Positions 1 through 13,469 of a stretch of 64,000 nucleotides of DNA are shown here, in pieces. The notes under the pieces were generated by a model that made no database searches, was not told the DNA's origin, and saw nothing but the letters and a program-made list of their open reading frames with translations. The stretch lies in contig JAHRHZ010000035.1 in the NCBI GenBank assembly GCA_024137785.1, forward strand, positions 15,278,856-15,342,855, in the 5' to 3' direction. The stretch comes from Ginglymostoma cirratum (lineage: Eukaryota). The position numbers and the translations under genes are program-made. Position 1 is the stretch's first letter; the number at the start of each line of letters is the position of its first letter.

Positions 1-1943
1 CTGCTTTGTGCTTCAGAATAGCTGACAAGGTTGATGTTGGAATGTACCACTGTTTAGCAACGTCTACTTTTTGCTTTGTGCCTTTTTCCACTTATGAATC
101 AATTTAAACCTTTTCTCTAATCGACAACAGTTTTCACTTTCTCACAGGTTTAGTCATACAGACTTTGAGATCTCCCTGTCAAAAAATGTACAATGTTAAC
201 TGATACCTCCCCCACAGCTCCTTGACTTTGTACTCTTCTGGGGCCTAACTACACTCCAATTCTGTGACAGAACCAAATGAAAATGTTAAATGAATTCAAC
301 TAATATAGAGTAATCCAGAGTTACTCATTCATATTTTCAGTTTATTACCGACTTCATTCTATTGGATTTGTTATTCTACCGGCAGAGTAGGCTGATTACT
401 TCAACACAACTGGAATTGCAAGTTAGCCAAATTTGACTCTTTGCGATTTCACTCTTGCTATAGATCCTGGTGTCAACAAACTTTCAACTGTTGTGGGAAA
501 CTTGCTTCATCCTACAGACAAATATTGTTCAGAGCAAAAATCCCATGGCTGCTGTATAATTTAGCTGACAACAGCACTGCTGCCAGCTTGTTACCTCCTG
601 AGTAAACCCTACTAACTCAGTTGGTCGCATTCCTACCTCTAACTGTTAAAGCCAAAGATTCAAATCTCACACCAGGACTTGTTAGCGCTGGAAGAAATGT
701 TTTCAATGGTTCAAACCAGGATGCTAATCAGCCCACAAATCCTTCCAGCCTGCACACCATTTTCCCGAAAGGGAAATAAAATAGGAGGGTACAACAGTCT
801 GTCGTTTTCTTTTAATCCTCAGAGCCATTTTGCACAAACATTTTATGTTTAAAGAAGCCTGTGTTTAATGTTTCTATCACCTTTTAAAAGATTTTGAGCT
901 GCTTATTGCTTTAAATAACTATTGGATAATTGGTATGATCCAATACTAGACCTGGGAAAACCTTGCTGTGCCATTTTAAATATATATATTTAGAAGACAC
1001 TGCACAACATAACACAAACAAGAAGAATAAAAGCCAGCCAACAGTTCACTCTCATTGCTAGGCTTATCTTTTAGTTTCCCGCAGCTGTAGGTCAAATATG
1101 TGGAAATAAGTATGACCAAAGGTTCCCATCTGACAGCAGCCTCTAGCACTGCTGATTCCCACAATGATAATGGACAGCTTTTATATCACTTTATACAGAT
1201 AACTTAAGCAAAATGAGACACCATAATTTTCAAGTCATGATTATTTCATGTACTCCTTTCACAATTAATCTCAAAATTACAGAGTATTGTGCTGCAGCGT
1301 GCACAGATTGATGCTTTGGACAAATGCATCAATACACCACAGGATCTGACTACTTTCAGTATGAAACACAAAGCAGTATACTAGCAAAATTCCATGCATT
1401 GGATTATTTAAAATTGTGCAACACTTTTTTTTCCTACAGATACACAGGAAAGTGTTACTGAATTGGATCATGACAAAATGTACAAATAAGAGCCACATAT
1501 CATCAAAGCACAATTCAGGATGGTGTATATGGATTGTATAATCTAATAATTTAGGGTCAAGTGAAATAGGCAAAGAAAGTTGTTGGGAATGTTGAAAAAG
1601 TTAAAAAGGCTTTCATATAAAAAGTTTGAAATCCAGCAAATATAAGTCCTGCATTTTAAAATACAAGGAGCTGTTAATTGCTATATTGATGTAATATTAA
1701 AATATGACATTATAATAGTGATATATTTTCCAATGAAAACAAAAATAACACTAATATCAACAGCTCCCTAAAACTTTTAATTGGCAATAATGCAGTCATT
1801 TCTTTGGATTTGTGTATATTTAATTAACAGCCCTGTGTTTGCAAGGAGAGCAGAAAGCAGTCCACGGTACCTGATCCACAGTAGCACAGAGTATGTTAAA
1901 AATGATACTTCAGCTTTTACAATCAGGGTATATTCACTGCGAA

Positions 1944-1971
1944 CCTAACCCTAACCCTAACCCTAACCCTA
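1944..1971 (+). repeat. Short interstitial telomeric-type repeat (TAACCC)4
   Basis: cctaaccctaaccctaaccctaacccta. Confidence 0.85.
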
Positions 1972-2407
1972 TCGCAAGTCCCTGAGAGAAGGCAGGCAAC
2001 CAATGCTTTGATTGGCCACATGCAGAATGTGATAGATCTGTGTTTGTTTTCCCTGGGGAAGTGTACGTGGGTTTTTGAAAAAAAAGTGGTATGGATTTAC
2101 TGAATAAGAACTGCAAGTAAACCAGATAATCAGCTTTCAACACTGAAACAGTCCATATTCAAAAATACAAATTAAAATTTGGTGACAAAACACGTAAACT
2201 TGTTACAAGATAAAATTTGTTTTATAAATTCAAAATTGTAAATGCAACAGCGATCCTTGATTAATTTTATGATGTAAACTGACTTTCTTCAGAAAGATTT
2301 AAGGTGACATTTTTCTTTGTCCAATGGAAGTAGTTACTCAAATGGTTATATTTTGCTCCGGATTCTCATATACTGAATTATGTTAGGCAGAAAGGTAACA
2401 ATTGAAA

Positions 2408-2630
2408 GGAGGCTCAGTGGTCAGCACAACCACCTTGCCTCACAAGCACCAGGGACCCGAGTTTGATTCCAGCTTCGGGCAACTATCTGTGTGGAGTCTG
2501 CACGTTCTCCCCATGTCTGTGTCGGTTTCCTCCAGGTGCTCCAATTTCCTCCCACAGTCCAAAATTGTGCAGATTAGATGGATTAGCCGTGCTAAATTGC
2601 CCATCACGTCCAGGAATGTGCAGACTAGGT
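2408..2630 (+). mobile_element. HE1-type tRNA-derived shark SINE, 3' truncated
   Basis: A-box-like ggctcagtgg, B-box-like gagtttgattcc, core tgtgtggagtctgcacgttctccccatgtctgtgtcggtttcctccaggtgctcc. Confidence 0.85.
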
Positions 2631-2633
2631 AGA

Positions 2634-2926
2634 GAGGACGGACAGGTCATCCCGCCCCCTTGACCTGTCCGTCCTCCCTGGATTGACCTATCTCCTCCCT
2701 ACCTCCCCACCTACACTCACCTTTACTGGCTCCATCCCCGCCTCTTTGATCTGTCTATCCCCTCTCCACCTATCTTCTCCTCTATCCATCTTTTATCTGC
2801 CTCCCCCTCTCTCCCTATTTATTTCAGAGCCCCCTTCCCCTCCCCCATTTCTGAAGAAACATCAGCCTTCCTGCTCCTCTGATGCTGCTTGGCCTGCTGT
2901 GTTCATCCAGCTCTACACCTTGTTAT
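2634..2926 (+). mobile_element. Penelope-like element 3' fragment with short 5' inversion
   Basis: Near-identical to about 5800-6103. Has a 16-bp inverted repeat (2634-2649 / 2661-2676), and the hammerhead stem II is deleted (ctgaagaaacatcagc). Confidence 0.7.
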
Positions 2927-4192
2927 GCCACTTTTTTTTACTATTTAAAACTGATCCACCAATCCAATAATTAGGTTATATTCCAGATTAACATTGAGCA
3001 TGTCATGTGTGTACATGATTAGCATCCATGCAGCTTTCCGGGCTCTGGAGTACCCCAGTCTTTGCTTACAACGTTGACTTCACTGCATTGTCTTCAAAGA
3101 GCTAAATTTACCTTGCATTGCAGTTACCATCGCTAAGTGAAATAGTGAAGATGTGATCTGATGAGGCCACTACACAGGATGTTCATGATTGTGTCTGATG
3201 TACTTTCTTAAAATGTTTATCTTAAATACACAGGAGACATTCCAGTCCAACATTTTGCAGAGCTATTAATCTATCAAATTGATTTGTCAGCTTTCTTCAG
3301 TGACCATCCGTGCATTACTGCTATTTCCCACTTGTGGAGTCTTCTGGTATGCAGGTCACCTCTTGCATGTGTCTACGGTAAAACAGTACATATACTTCAA
3401 AAGCAATAAATTGCCTGTGAAGTGCTTGACATTTCTTCAGGACCTACAAAGCAGTATATGAGTGAAACTTCTCTGAAAGTAGGGCTACCTAAGTAATTTT
3501 TAAAACTTAAGCATTCAGGAAAAAGAGCTATAAATTTGGTTTGCTGATTCATTGATAGGTCTGCATAGTGTGTAGTCGAGGCTATTTGAACAAAATTGTA
3601 AACAACATATCATCACCTTAAGTACACAAAATGGATTTCTTTGCTTTATGAAAGATAGGGTTAATTGTTGCAGTAGGTCAAATTGACATTAGCCCTTTTG
3701 GAATCATTTGATTTTATTCTGTGCTTCATACGTCTCTGCCTTAATACAAGCAGTTAGACATCCAGCAAACTCCCTCTGCACATCAGGCAACTAACCCCCG
3801 GAAGAGAAGGCAAATTAAACAGCAACTTTAGAGCAATCAGCTGAGATCATAAAATAATAAAGCGAGAAATTTGAAATAAAAATAGATGATGCTGTGAACA
3901 CAAAGCACACTCTGAAAATGCCATTAGTTCTGACAAAAGATTACAACCAGAAACATTACCCAGTCGTTTCTCTGTAGTGATGCTTATTCTCTTCTTGAAG
4001 TAAAAGATTAAATGAATTTTTGTGCAACCTTTCCCAGTACAGCTTTTTGCATTACATTGTAGAAAATGGTCAATCTTTTTCTGTAGAAATATATTTTCTT
4101 TGCCAAAACATATAACAATTCCATGATATTAATTTGAAGCATGTAGAGCCCTAAGTTGCCTCATTGTCCAGCATTGAGAGATCTGAGATATT

Positions 4193-4250
4193 CATAGAAT
4201 CGCAGAATTTTACAGTACAGAAAGAGGCCATTCGATCCATTTTGCCTGTA
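4193..4250 (-). mobile_element. CR1-type LINE 3' tail fragment
   Basis: Reverse complement closely matches the tail at about 5221-5269. Confidence 0.6.
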
Positions 4251-5009
4251 CCGAATATTGAACTGAAATGTCATTTTAAGAATGTACATTACAAATAGTG
4301 AAATACCCGTGTTCAGTAATTCATAATTATGCATAACAAACAGACGCAGATCAATTGTACCTCAATAGTTTATTAAACTCAGTGAAGCCTCTACATCCCT
4401 TTAAAGCAAATACAGCCACAAAGCAGAATTTTCTGACAAATCTTGCTCAGTATTTTATGTTTATAACAATATCAAGGCTTTGCGCAAGTACAGTTTCGTA
4501 AATAATGCATCACAGTTGAAGAGAAAGCAACAGAGCATTATATCACCAGAGAGGGTCTTTGGAAAATTCGATGAGTTGTGAAAGAGGCATTACAAGTTGC
4601 AAAAATGCAGTGTAACATTCTAAACTGTTTGCATTCCTGCTAGAGGAATTCTGGTCATTTTTCAAAAGAGCTTTGACAGCTAAGCAAGCAATTTTATAGT
4701 CATACAACGAATACAAAGATGGTGTCATCAACCACTAGCTTTTTTCATATCTGTCTCTCCTAATAATTTCACCGGATGGTGTCCTTGGATATCTCGTTTT
4801 TTTAAAAGGTGAGTGTAAGAAGATGATGCAAAAGTACTTGAAATTCTAAAGAAAAAGCTCAAAAGCATTTTCTTATTCATAACAAATACTAAAAAGGAAG
4901 GATGTACAGCAATATAAGAATAAAGGTAAAATAGGAACGTTACTCTTGCTAACAGGACCAGCATCTCCATTCCTCCACCTGGCTTGAACTTCCAGATTGT
5001 CAGCAAAAG

Positions 5010-5269
5010 AGCTACGAGGGAGATGAGGAGAAATCTCTTCACTCAGAGAATTGTTAGGATTTGGAATGCCCTGCCTGGAAGAGTGGTAGAGACAGATTGC
5101 ATAGGAGGGTTCAAAAGAGAGCAGGAAACATATTTGAAAGAGATTAAGTTTGAGGGCTACAGAGATAAAGCTGGAGAGTGAGATTAGCTGGGCATCTCTT
5201 TCAGGAGCCAGTACTGGCAAAATGGATCAAATGGCCTCCTTCTGTACTGTAAAATTCTATGATTCTGTG
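5010..5269 (+). mobile_element. CR1-clade LINE 3' end
   Basis: MRRNLFTQRIVRIWNALPGRVVETDCIGGFKREQETYL, the typical CR1 ORF2 C-terminus, followed by a 3'UTR ending attctatgattctgtga. Confidence 0.85.
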
Positions 5270-5667
5270 ACTGTCTCAGATCTCCCAATGCTGGACAATG
5301 AGACAAATGAGACTTTATGTATCATCACCTCACTGACCCCAGGATACTTAGAACTCAAAATAGGTTTTCACGGACAAATGTCTTGTAATGTTAGAAAACC
5401 TTTGTTGAAATTGTTTTTATAAACGCAATATCCTTCCTTCAATTTTCAATTCCTTCCCTTTAGCTATTCAAAATTGAGAATGCCAAAACCTTCCTGAAAC
5501 AGTCAGGTCCATTGAGTTCAGTTACCCTTATCTGTTAACTTAAATACATTAACAATAACCTACCTGCAGCAAGTACAGATACTTTCCAGAATACAACACA
5601 ACAATACAGCTGGGAGCATCCCCAGGGTTAGATATCAGGGTCAACAAATACAAACTCGGGCAACAAG

Positions 5668-6104
5668 GTTCAAAATCTCCCCTCCCCCAACCGCATCCCA
5701 AAACCAGCCCAGCTCATCTCCGCCTCCCTAACCTGCTCTTCCTCTCACCTATCCCCTCCTCCGACCTCAAGCCACACCCCCATCTCCTATCTACTAACAT
5801 CATCCCGCCCCCTTGACCTGTCTGTCCTCCCTGGACTGACCTATCTCCTCCCTACCCCCCCCCCCCACCTACACTCACCTTTACTGGCTCCATCCCCGCC
5901 TCTTCGACTTGTCTGCCTCCTCTCCACCTATCCTCTCCTCTATCCATCTTCTATCCGCCTCCCCCTCTCTCCCTATTTATTTCAGAACCCTCTTCCCCTC
6001 CCCCATTTCTGATGAAGGATCTAGGCTCGAAACGTCAAGCTTTCCTGCTCCTATGATGCTGCTTGGCCAGCTGTGTTCATCCAGCCCCACACCTTGTTAT
6101 CTCA
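5668..6104 (+). mobile_element. Penelope-like element 3' region with hammerhead motif
   Basis: C/T-rich tract, then CTGATGA-A-GGATCTAGGCTC-GAAA-CGTC (6009-6036) and the family tail ending gttatctc. Confidence 0.7.
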
Positions 6105-8519
6105 CCTGAAATCCTGCCTGTTTGTTTTAGAATCCTACATTCAAATGTTTACTTTCCACACAGCTAACTGAAAATGAAAGCATTATTTAAGTTATTAAAT
6201 AGGTCTCAAGGCTCGACATTTGCCAGAAAGAAGACAATATTACAATGTGAAGCAAAATTATTACCAACATCTGAAAGGAAAATAAGTCTTTATTTTGCTA
6301 TTTCCTGTTTTCCAATCAGACCTTTCTCCCCTCTCTCCTGAAGTTGCTAACTTTTGTTAGGGTCCAGTTCAGTGAGTACCAGCAACCATCAGTGCCTTGG
6401 CCAAATGTTCATTCCTTTTGCGTGCAGGTGGACGCGAAATTTAGCAAGCAGGTTTACCTCACAGCTGAGTCTGAGGATTCAATGTGCTTAACATCTATCA
6501 GAATTCATTTTTACCAGCCCTAGCCAAGTGCATTGCAATCAATTGTAGAGTCCTGAGTATCTGACAACCAGAGAAGTGCTTCTTTCAAGGCTGAAATGTC
6601 TACTGTGGCCTTTCATCCAGTTACTAATCCATATTCTGGGGCAGTGTTTAATTTCAACTTTAGTACAGGCACTTCTATCTAGATGTTAGTCTTTCATCAC
6701 TCTTAAGTAGATTAACAATGTTATTAAATTAACAAATATTTTTAAATTATACAAGAATGAGTGTAGGAAGGGTGGTGCCATCACTCAAACAAAATCATTA
6801 GAGACCCAGTGGAAAGTTTAAGGTCAAATTTTAGTTTTGACTAACATTCAAACTCAATATGATGAATGCAGCTTCCTGCTTCGAACCAGGCGTATGATTT
6901 TGGCCCAGAGTAATGTTCAGACTGAAAATTCCTGACATCTCTTGTCCAGGCTGTCATTTCAGAATTTCTTTTCAGTTTCATACCAATGATTGCCTGAGCA
7001 TTTTGCTTCGACTGAGCAATTGGCAGAATCAATGGTGCCATTCACTCTGTCAAAGCAAGTGCAGGATTCCCAATACATCACTTAACCAGGAAACCAACCT
7101 CTGCAGAATCCAGATCTAAACATGTGGGATCAGTCAAAATTGTCTTCTTTATATTTGCAGCAAAATATTACCAGCAGCCCTGAATGGAAGAACCAAAAAC
7201 AAAAGAGACTAATCCCAATTCAAGCACGGCCTCAGAGCCTGGACAGAAATTGTTCTAGCATTGCTCACTTCTCCAAACTGTGAGAGCAATTCTAATGTTC
7301 ATTTCTCTGCCAATTTTTCTAACTTCCTGTCCGAAATCCAGTGACTATTTGCTGGTTGTCCTGCTGTACCTCACCAAAGTATTCTCATGCAAGAGCTTGA
7401 CCAGTTAGTCTCCACCGTTCATAGGAATAGTCGTAACATGCATTATTCTGGCTATGCCAGATATACACACGCACTACTAGCAAGTTTTACACACTAGCCA
7501 TCAGAAGGGGAGCCCTGAGACAATTTCCACCTCTCTCACTCAGTGGTTTCAGTGTTAAATAATTCATTATCTCCACTCTGCTTGAGGTCAGCTAATTTAG
7601 TGGAGTTGTAGGTTCTAGCTCAGTCTCCAGTGTCCAATATAAGGACTGGTGAATATGACTGTAGGTTGCAATGAAGGGTAGCTCTTTCTTCAGTTGCTTG
7701 AGTACGAGGACCAGGGTGTGTAGAACTACAGTTCTCTCTTTATAATGCACAGCATAACATGTTGCATCTCTCAGATTGATATGCGTACCTGACAGTCACT
7801 TGGACAATAACAGTATAGATCTCAGCCTTCAACTCAACTTGTGTTTATATGGTGAATCAAGGTCACATTATCTCCAGTGGCCAGAATGAAAAAACAATTT
7901 TGTCATTCTGATTGCCTCTAAAGGAAGTACAACTGCATCTTTGCACACTTCTGACAAACTTTACAATCCAGGGTATAAACAGCTCGCAAAGTTTGAATTG
8001 ATCCAATCTGCCAACACAACAAGAGGGTATGCAAACAATAACAGCAGTGCAAAATTTTAAAGCGACAGATCAAAAAAGACAAACATTGTAAATGGAAGAA
8101 TAAAGACCAGTGTATATAATAAATAGGAATGAGTCAGAAATAAACAGGCAGAGTAAAGCTATTTATCATAGACAAAGATATTGTTATAACAAAAGTTAAC
8201 CTAAAGCTTCTAATTCATATTGTGTACTCTTCCCCACCAATGTCACTCCCCCTATGCCCAAGTTAGATGGTTAACTGTTTCAAAAATAAAAATAGCTGCT
8301 TACTACTGTTCAAAGCAAACAGGAGACAGGCCAGAATCTCCATAAACCACTAGTCAGTCATTATTTTAGCCTATGTAAAAACAGGCTAAATGAAAAATTA
8401 ATGTTCTTACAGATCAGCTGGTTGTTCAGTCTCAGGTTACCAGTAGTACAAGATGCATTGTGATGTGCAAAAAAAAGGGGCAATGTGAGATCTTATTTTG
8501 ACTCAGTGAACAAAAAGAA

Positions 8520-8668
8520 AGTTGCCTGGTGATGGCTATCACACGTCAGGCAAGGGGTAAGGTTGAGAAGGTAGGATTCTCATGGTAACCTCATCTGGTA
8601 TAGGAATTGAATATATGATGTTGGCTTATACTATTAGCTAACTGTGCAACCATCTGAAATAACCAACA
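8520..8668 (-). mobile_element. tRNA-derived SINE, family B (decayed)
   Basis: Homologous to the copies at about 16702, 61150 and 62155 (shared ggttaccatga...ccttctcaac core). Confidence 0.6.
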
Positions 8669-8687
8669 CCCAGTAGTTAAGACGTAG

Positions 8688-8872
8688 AATTCACTGCCTG
8701 GAAATGTGTTAGAGGCAGTTTCAAATGAGGCATTCAAGAGGACATTGCAATATTATTTGAATAAAAGCAAAGTGTAGGGATATGGGGAGAAAGCAGGAGA
8801 TTAGCACTAGGTAATGCCAGTGTGGGTATGAAGGGCCAGATGGCCTCCTTCTGCCCCCTAACCAGTGATTCT
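8688..8872 (+). mobile_element. CR1 3' fragment
   Basis: gaattcactgcc...gcattcaagagg...gggccagatggcctccttctg, resembling the CR1 3' end at 5010-5269. Confidence 0.6.
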
Positions 8873-9171
8873 GCATATTATTGTAATTTTATAACTTCTA
8901 TATAATCTCTAGTTTCCATCAACTATTATTTGCAGAGAATTAGCTACATTCTCGTTGGCGGTACTGTACTCAAATTGCTAAAATTGTTCTGTATATTTTA
9001 CCTCCTCACTGATCAGAATTTCAGTGTCCAATTTCATAAAATTACAGCACAGAAAGGCACCATTTTCCCCAGCTGGTCCAGGCTGATGTTTATTGTCCAC
9101 ACAATCCTCCTCTCACTCTACTTCCAGTCGAATCAATAAAACTCTTCATGCTATTTAATATAAATATATTT

Positions 9172-9400
9172 TGCAATTCACTCATGGGATGTGGGCATTG
9201 CTGGCTGGGCCAGTAATTATTTCCCACCCCTAGTTACTCTTGAGAATCTTAAACCACTCCGGCCCATATGCTGTAGATAGACCCAGAATGCCATTAGGGA
9301 GGGAGTTCCAGGATTTTGACCCAATGACACTGAAGAAAGAACGAAGTATTTCCAAGTCAGGATGGTGAGTGGCTTGGAGGGGATCTTGCAGGTGGTATTG
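9172..9400 (-). mobile_element. LINE 3' end (family shared with 11940-12790 and 45815-46897)
   Basis: Reverse strand encodes ...GSKSWNSLPNGI...; shares tttccaagtcaggat and gggagggagttccaggattttgaccca with about 45950-46020. Confidence 0.75.
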
Positions 9401-9842
9401 ATCTAACATCCCCTTAAATACATCTATGCTATTTTCCACACCTACTTCAAGTAATAGCAAGTTTCACATTTTAACAGTTCTCAAGATAAAAAAGTTTTTT
9501 GTGAATTCCTCAGTGATTTATTTATGACTATCCCATATTTATGACTTCCACTTCTGGAAATCCACAAGCAAATTAAAATAGCTTCCACATGCCAGCCTTA
9601 TCAAAACCCTTTCATAATAATAAAGACATGTATTAGGTCACTCCTCAGCTTTCTCTTCTAGACAGAGGAGTCACAACCAATCTTTCCTGTTAATTATAAT
9701 TCAGTTCCGGTAACATTCTCATCAAAATTTTTTGAATTTTTTTCCAATATTTCTAATTCCCCTTTCAGTAACATGAAGACCAGAATTATGCGTCATTAAC
9801 CACATGTCACTGAACCAAGGTTCCATACAAGTTTAATGTAAC

Positions 9843-9957
9843 TGAGGAAGGATTTCTGAGGAAGGGTCACTGGACCCGAAATGTTAACTCTGTTTTATCC
9901 TTCACAGATGCTGCCAGACCTGCTGAGCTTTTCCAGCAACTTTGTTTTTGTTCCTGT
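9843..9957 (+). mobile_element. Short Penelope-like unit with minimal hammerhead, TSD-flanked
   Basis: CTGAGGA-A-GGGTC-ACTG-GACCC-GAAA-TGTT-AACT (9856-9889). TSD gtttaatgtaac (9831-9842) / gtttaatgcaac (9958-9969). Inserted in a decayed minus-strand CR1. Confidence 0.75.
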
Positions 9958-11323
9958 GTTTAATGCAACCTCCCCTTTTTTTTAATTTATTAGAATACAT
10001 AGGAATATTTTCCCAGATTCTTAACACAAACATTCCTCCTATTTTTATTGTTCATTCTGTGTCTATAATCTATGTACAATGGCCACGGTCTGTCAACATG
10101 AGGCAAGTTTTACTCCTCTCATATGTTTGAAGACAAGCACATTGTGACATCATACATGTTGTTTCTCACTGAGGCATTTTTCAAACCATGAATTTGTTAA
10201 TGCGAAATTTAAAAATACATTAATATAGCAATTTAACCCATCATTTCAAAATGACACAGTATGAAATGCTGTTCAAAATGAAGCAAAACGATCAAGCACA
10301 ATGGCAACCTTTCTAGCTTATTAATGGGCAAGAAGATCAGAAGGGGATACAAATTGGGCAGAGGATGTAAGTAAAGCAACCAATTCACTAATGTCTGGTG
10401 ATAAAATTTAAAGCTAACCCTGACATAACAGCTATTTCAAGCAAATCAAGTTCTTACAAACATCACTGAAATGATTAAGCAGATTATCCATGTGTATTTT
10501 TGCTCGATGGTGGTACATATTCCATGAATTCTTCAATATCCGCCAGAACTGCTAGAATATACTGGGCCTTGGTATAACACCTTGTGTGAAAGACAGGCAA
10601 TACCTCTGGCAAAGTACTTGTACTGGATTGTCAGTGTGTTTGCGCGGTAATGACATAAAAGTTAAAATCCACAATTTCCTGATTCAAGGCAAAATGGCTA
10701 CCAATTCACAAAGGCAATATTTTCTTCTTTGTGATTTTTTTCCTTGCAGTAACTCAACATTTTTTAAATTGACTTCTTTGCTTCTTTTTTAAATGCAACT
10801 TTTTGGAACTGCTGAAAAATTATAGAAATGGTCAGCACAGTTTGGCGATAAGCTCATTGAAAATGTTGCAATTCAACAGTATTTTCATTTTCTCTTGATG
10901 TAAACTTATTTCATACGAAGTTCACTGCTTTTTTTTCTATTTTCTTTACAAATGTTTACGTTGTTAACAATTAAATATTCAATTTGTCCTCCTTTATTTT
11001 ATGATACTGTAACACAACTCCAAATATAATTTAAATTTTCAATTAATCTTGAATGCAGCTAAGCCTGAAAATTGATTAAGTGAAAGTCAAGTACGAGAAG
11101 CTTTGGTCTCTCACTCCTGAAACACATTCTAGCTGTTTGGGACTGACTGGTGACATAAAACTGGAGTATTTGATTAATTTGAGGGCCAAGATAATTTGAG
11201 AGCGACACATTATAATAACATGTTTTCCAATGAAATATATTGTAATGTTGGCTCAGCTTTTGACACCAAGTTCTCTTTTATAAATAATAAGGCATGGCAA
11301 ACTCGGAAAATTGCCACAGAAAT

Positions 11324-11655
11324 GGGGTGGCACTGCTGCCTTACAGCGCTAGGGACCTGGGTTTGATCCTATCCTTGGGCAACTGTCTGTGTGGAGTTTG
11401 CACACTCTCCCTGTGTCTGCATGGGTTTCTGCCAGGTGCTCCAGATTCTTACTACAGTCCAAAGATGTGCAAGTTAGGTAGATTGGACATGCTAAATTAT
11501 CCATAGTGTTCAGCAACGTGTAGGTTAGGTGTTTTAGCCATGGAAAATACAGGGATAGGTTACAGGGATGGGTCTCGGTGGGATGCTCTTCAGAGGGCCA
11601 GTGTGCACTTGTTGGGCCAAATGGCCTGTTTCCACACTGTAGGGATTCTATTCTA
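11324..11655 (+). mobile_element. HE1-type SINE, near full length
   Basis: cactgctgccttacagcgctagggacctgggtttgatcc head, conserved core, and tail gggccaaatggcctgtttccacactgtagggattcta. Confidence 0.88.
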
Positions 11656-11939
11656 AATGTTTACGCTCACCTGTCTCTATTTTATCAAAATGCTTCATTA
11701 TTTTAATAACCTCTTTTAGGTAAATTTACGGCCTTTTCAAGAGAAAAAAAATGCAGGCTGTTTGTGCTTTCCTGATAGGTATATGTTTACATTTCTGGTA
11801 TCATCCTTACAAATCTTTTTTGCATCTTGTCCAGTGCCTTTCCATCTCTTTTACAATATGACATCCAAAAATATGTACAGTACAAGTGGAGTCTTTCAAC
11901 ACATGTGTAGCTAGTTCACTCATGACCGTCCTTCTAACA

Positions 11940-12790
11940 GAAGGTCTGTAGTGAGGACACTTGCCTATGATTGCACAGTGTTTAAATCAATTTGCAAGCC
12001 TAAAGATATTGAAGCAGTCCATATCCACATCCGCCAAACCCAGACAACATTCAGGCTTGTGTTGATAAGGTGGCATTGAGTATTCACACCACATTGGTGC
12101 CAGATAACGACTATTTCCAAAAATAAAATCTAAGTATCTTCCCATGAAAGTAACTCAATAGCATTACCATCATTGAATCACCTGCCATCAACCTCTCGGA
12201 GATCACCATTGACCAAATATTTAACTGCACTAGCCACATTAATGACCCTAGCAAGTTAGAGGCTGTGTATTCTAAGGTAAATGACTCACATCCTGATTCA
12301 AAAAGATTTTAAGAAGTGTGATGGTATATTCTAAACTTGCCTGGATAGGTGTAACAACACTCAAGATGTTTGACACCATTCTGGCCAAAGCAATGCCCTT
12401 GATCATCACTCCATCCAACACTGATCCAACATGCCTGCAGTTTTTGTCATCTACCAATACCCAGTGCAGCAATTCAGCAAGATTTCTGTGATAGAAATGT
12501 ATAATCTCCCACCCTTTGTCAATTGGCAGGAGTACAGCTGATGCAATGGAAACACCACCGCATGCAAGATTCTTTCCAAGTCACCCCACCCAGCTGGCTT
12601 GGAAATATATCGCCATTCCATCACTGTCACTGAACCAAATTCCCACATTCCTTACCCTATAGCACTGTGGTGTTACCTTCACTATATGGACAGGAGTGGT
12701 TCAAGGAGGCTTAATACTACCACCTCCCCAAGTGCAATTAGTGATCTGCAATAGATGCTGTCATTGCCAATGACAACTGCATGTAGTAAA
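11940..12790 (+). mobile_element. Decayed LINE (RT 3' part plus 3'UTR)
   Basis: Homologous in reverse to 45815-46897; tail ttcaaggaggc...ccacctccccaagtgcaattagtgatctgcaatagatgctg. Confidence 0.7.
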
Positions 12791-13469
12791 TGTAGTATAT
12801 GGAAATAAATCATTGAGTGTATTTCTATTTATCAATGAATTATATCAGGCAGGATTTGAGGAGCTGAATAACAACAAGATGACTTCCAACTCTCCAATCC
12901 AACCAAGAACACAATTCTTTTTTCTGTCTGCATTTTCTCCCATTCATGCCATGTGGATCTATGTCAGACTATCCATATTATTTTGCTGTAATTCTGTAGC
13001 TCTGGGCAGCAAACATCTATTATACTGGGGCACCTGTAATGTCATGTGACCTTGGCATCCATACATTCAGCTCAGCTTGGAACAAAGCCAGTTAATTTTT
13101 TCACAGAAGCAAACAACGGAAAACATGCCTTAAAAATACACGTTGTACTTCTCTTCAAACATGATCAGACAATCCTATATTTGTGACAGATCAAAACTTT
13201 GACTATCTTGCACCCACAATTATTTCAGTCTCCACTGTCCACGCAGTGTCTCTTCTTAGAGGTGATTGTGTAAATAGGTTGCACTATGCCATATGAATCA
13301 ATGTGGCTCCTGGTGCGATTTCCCTGCTTCACAACCTTAACACAAAAGCAGAGGTGTGATATTATAGGATGCTTCATCTTCCCGAGGCTAGGAAAACAAG
13401 AAGTGGGCAATATGGTCAGAGATAGGGAAGTGAAGAAGAAGATAACCACATTTCCCATTATATCCAATT

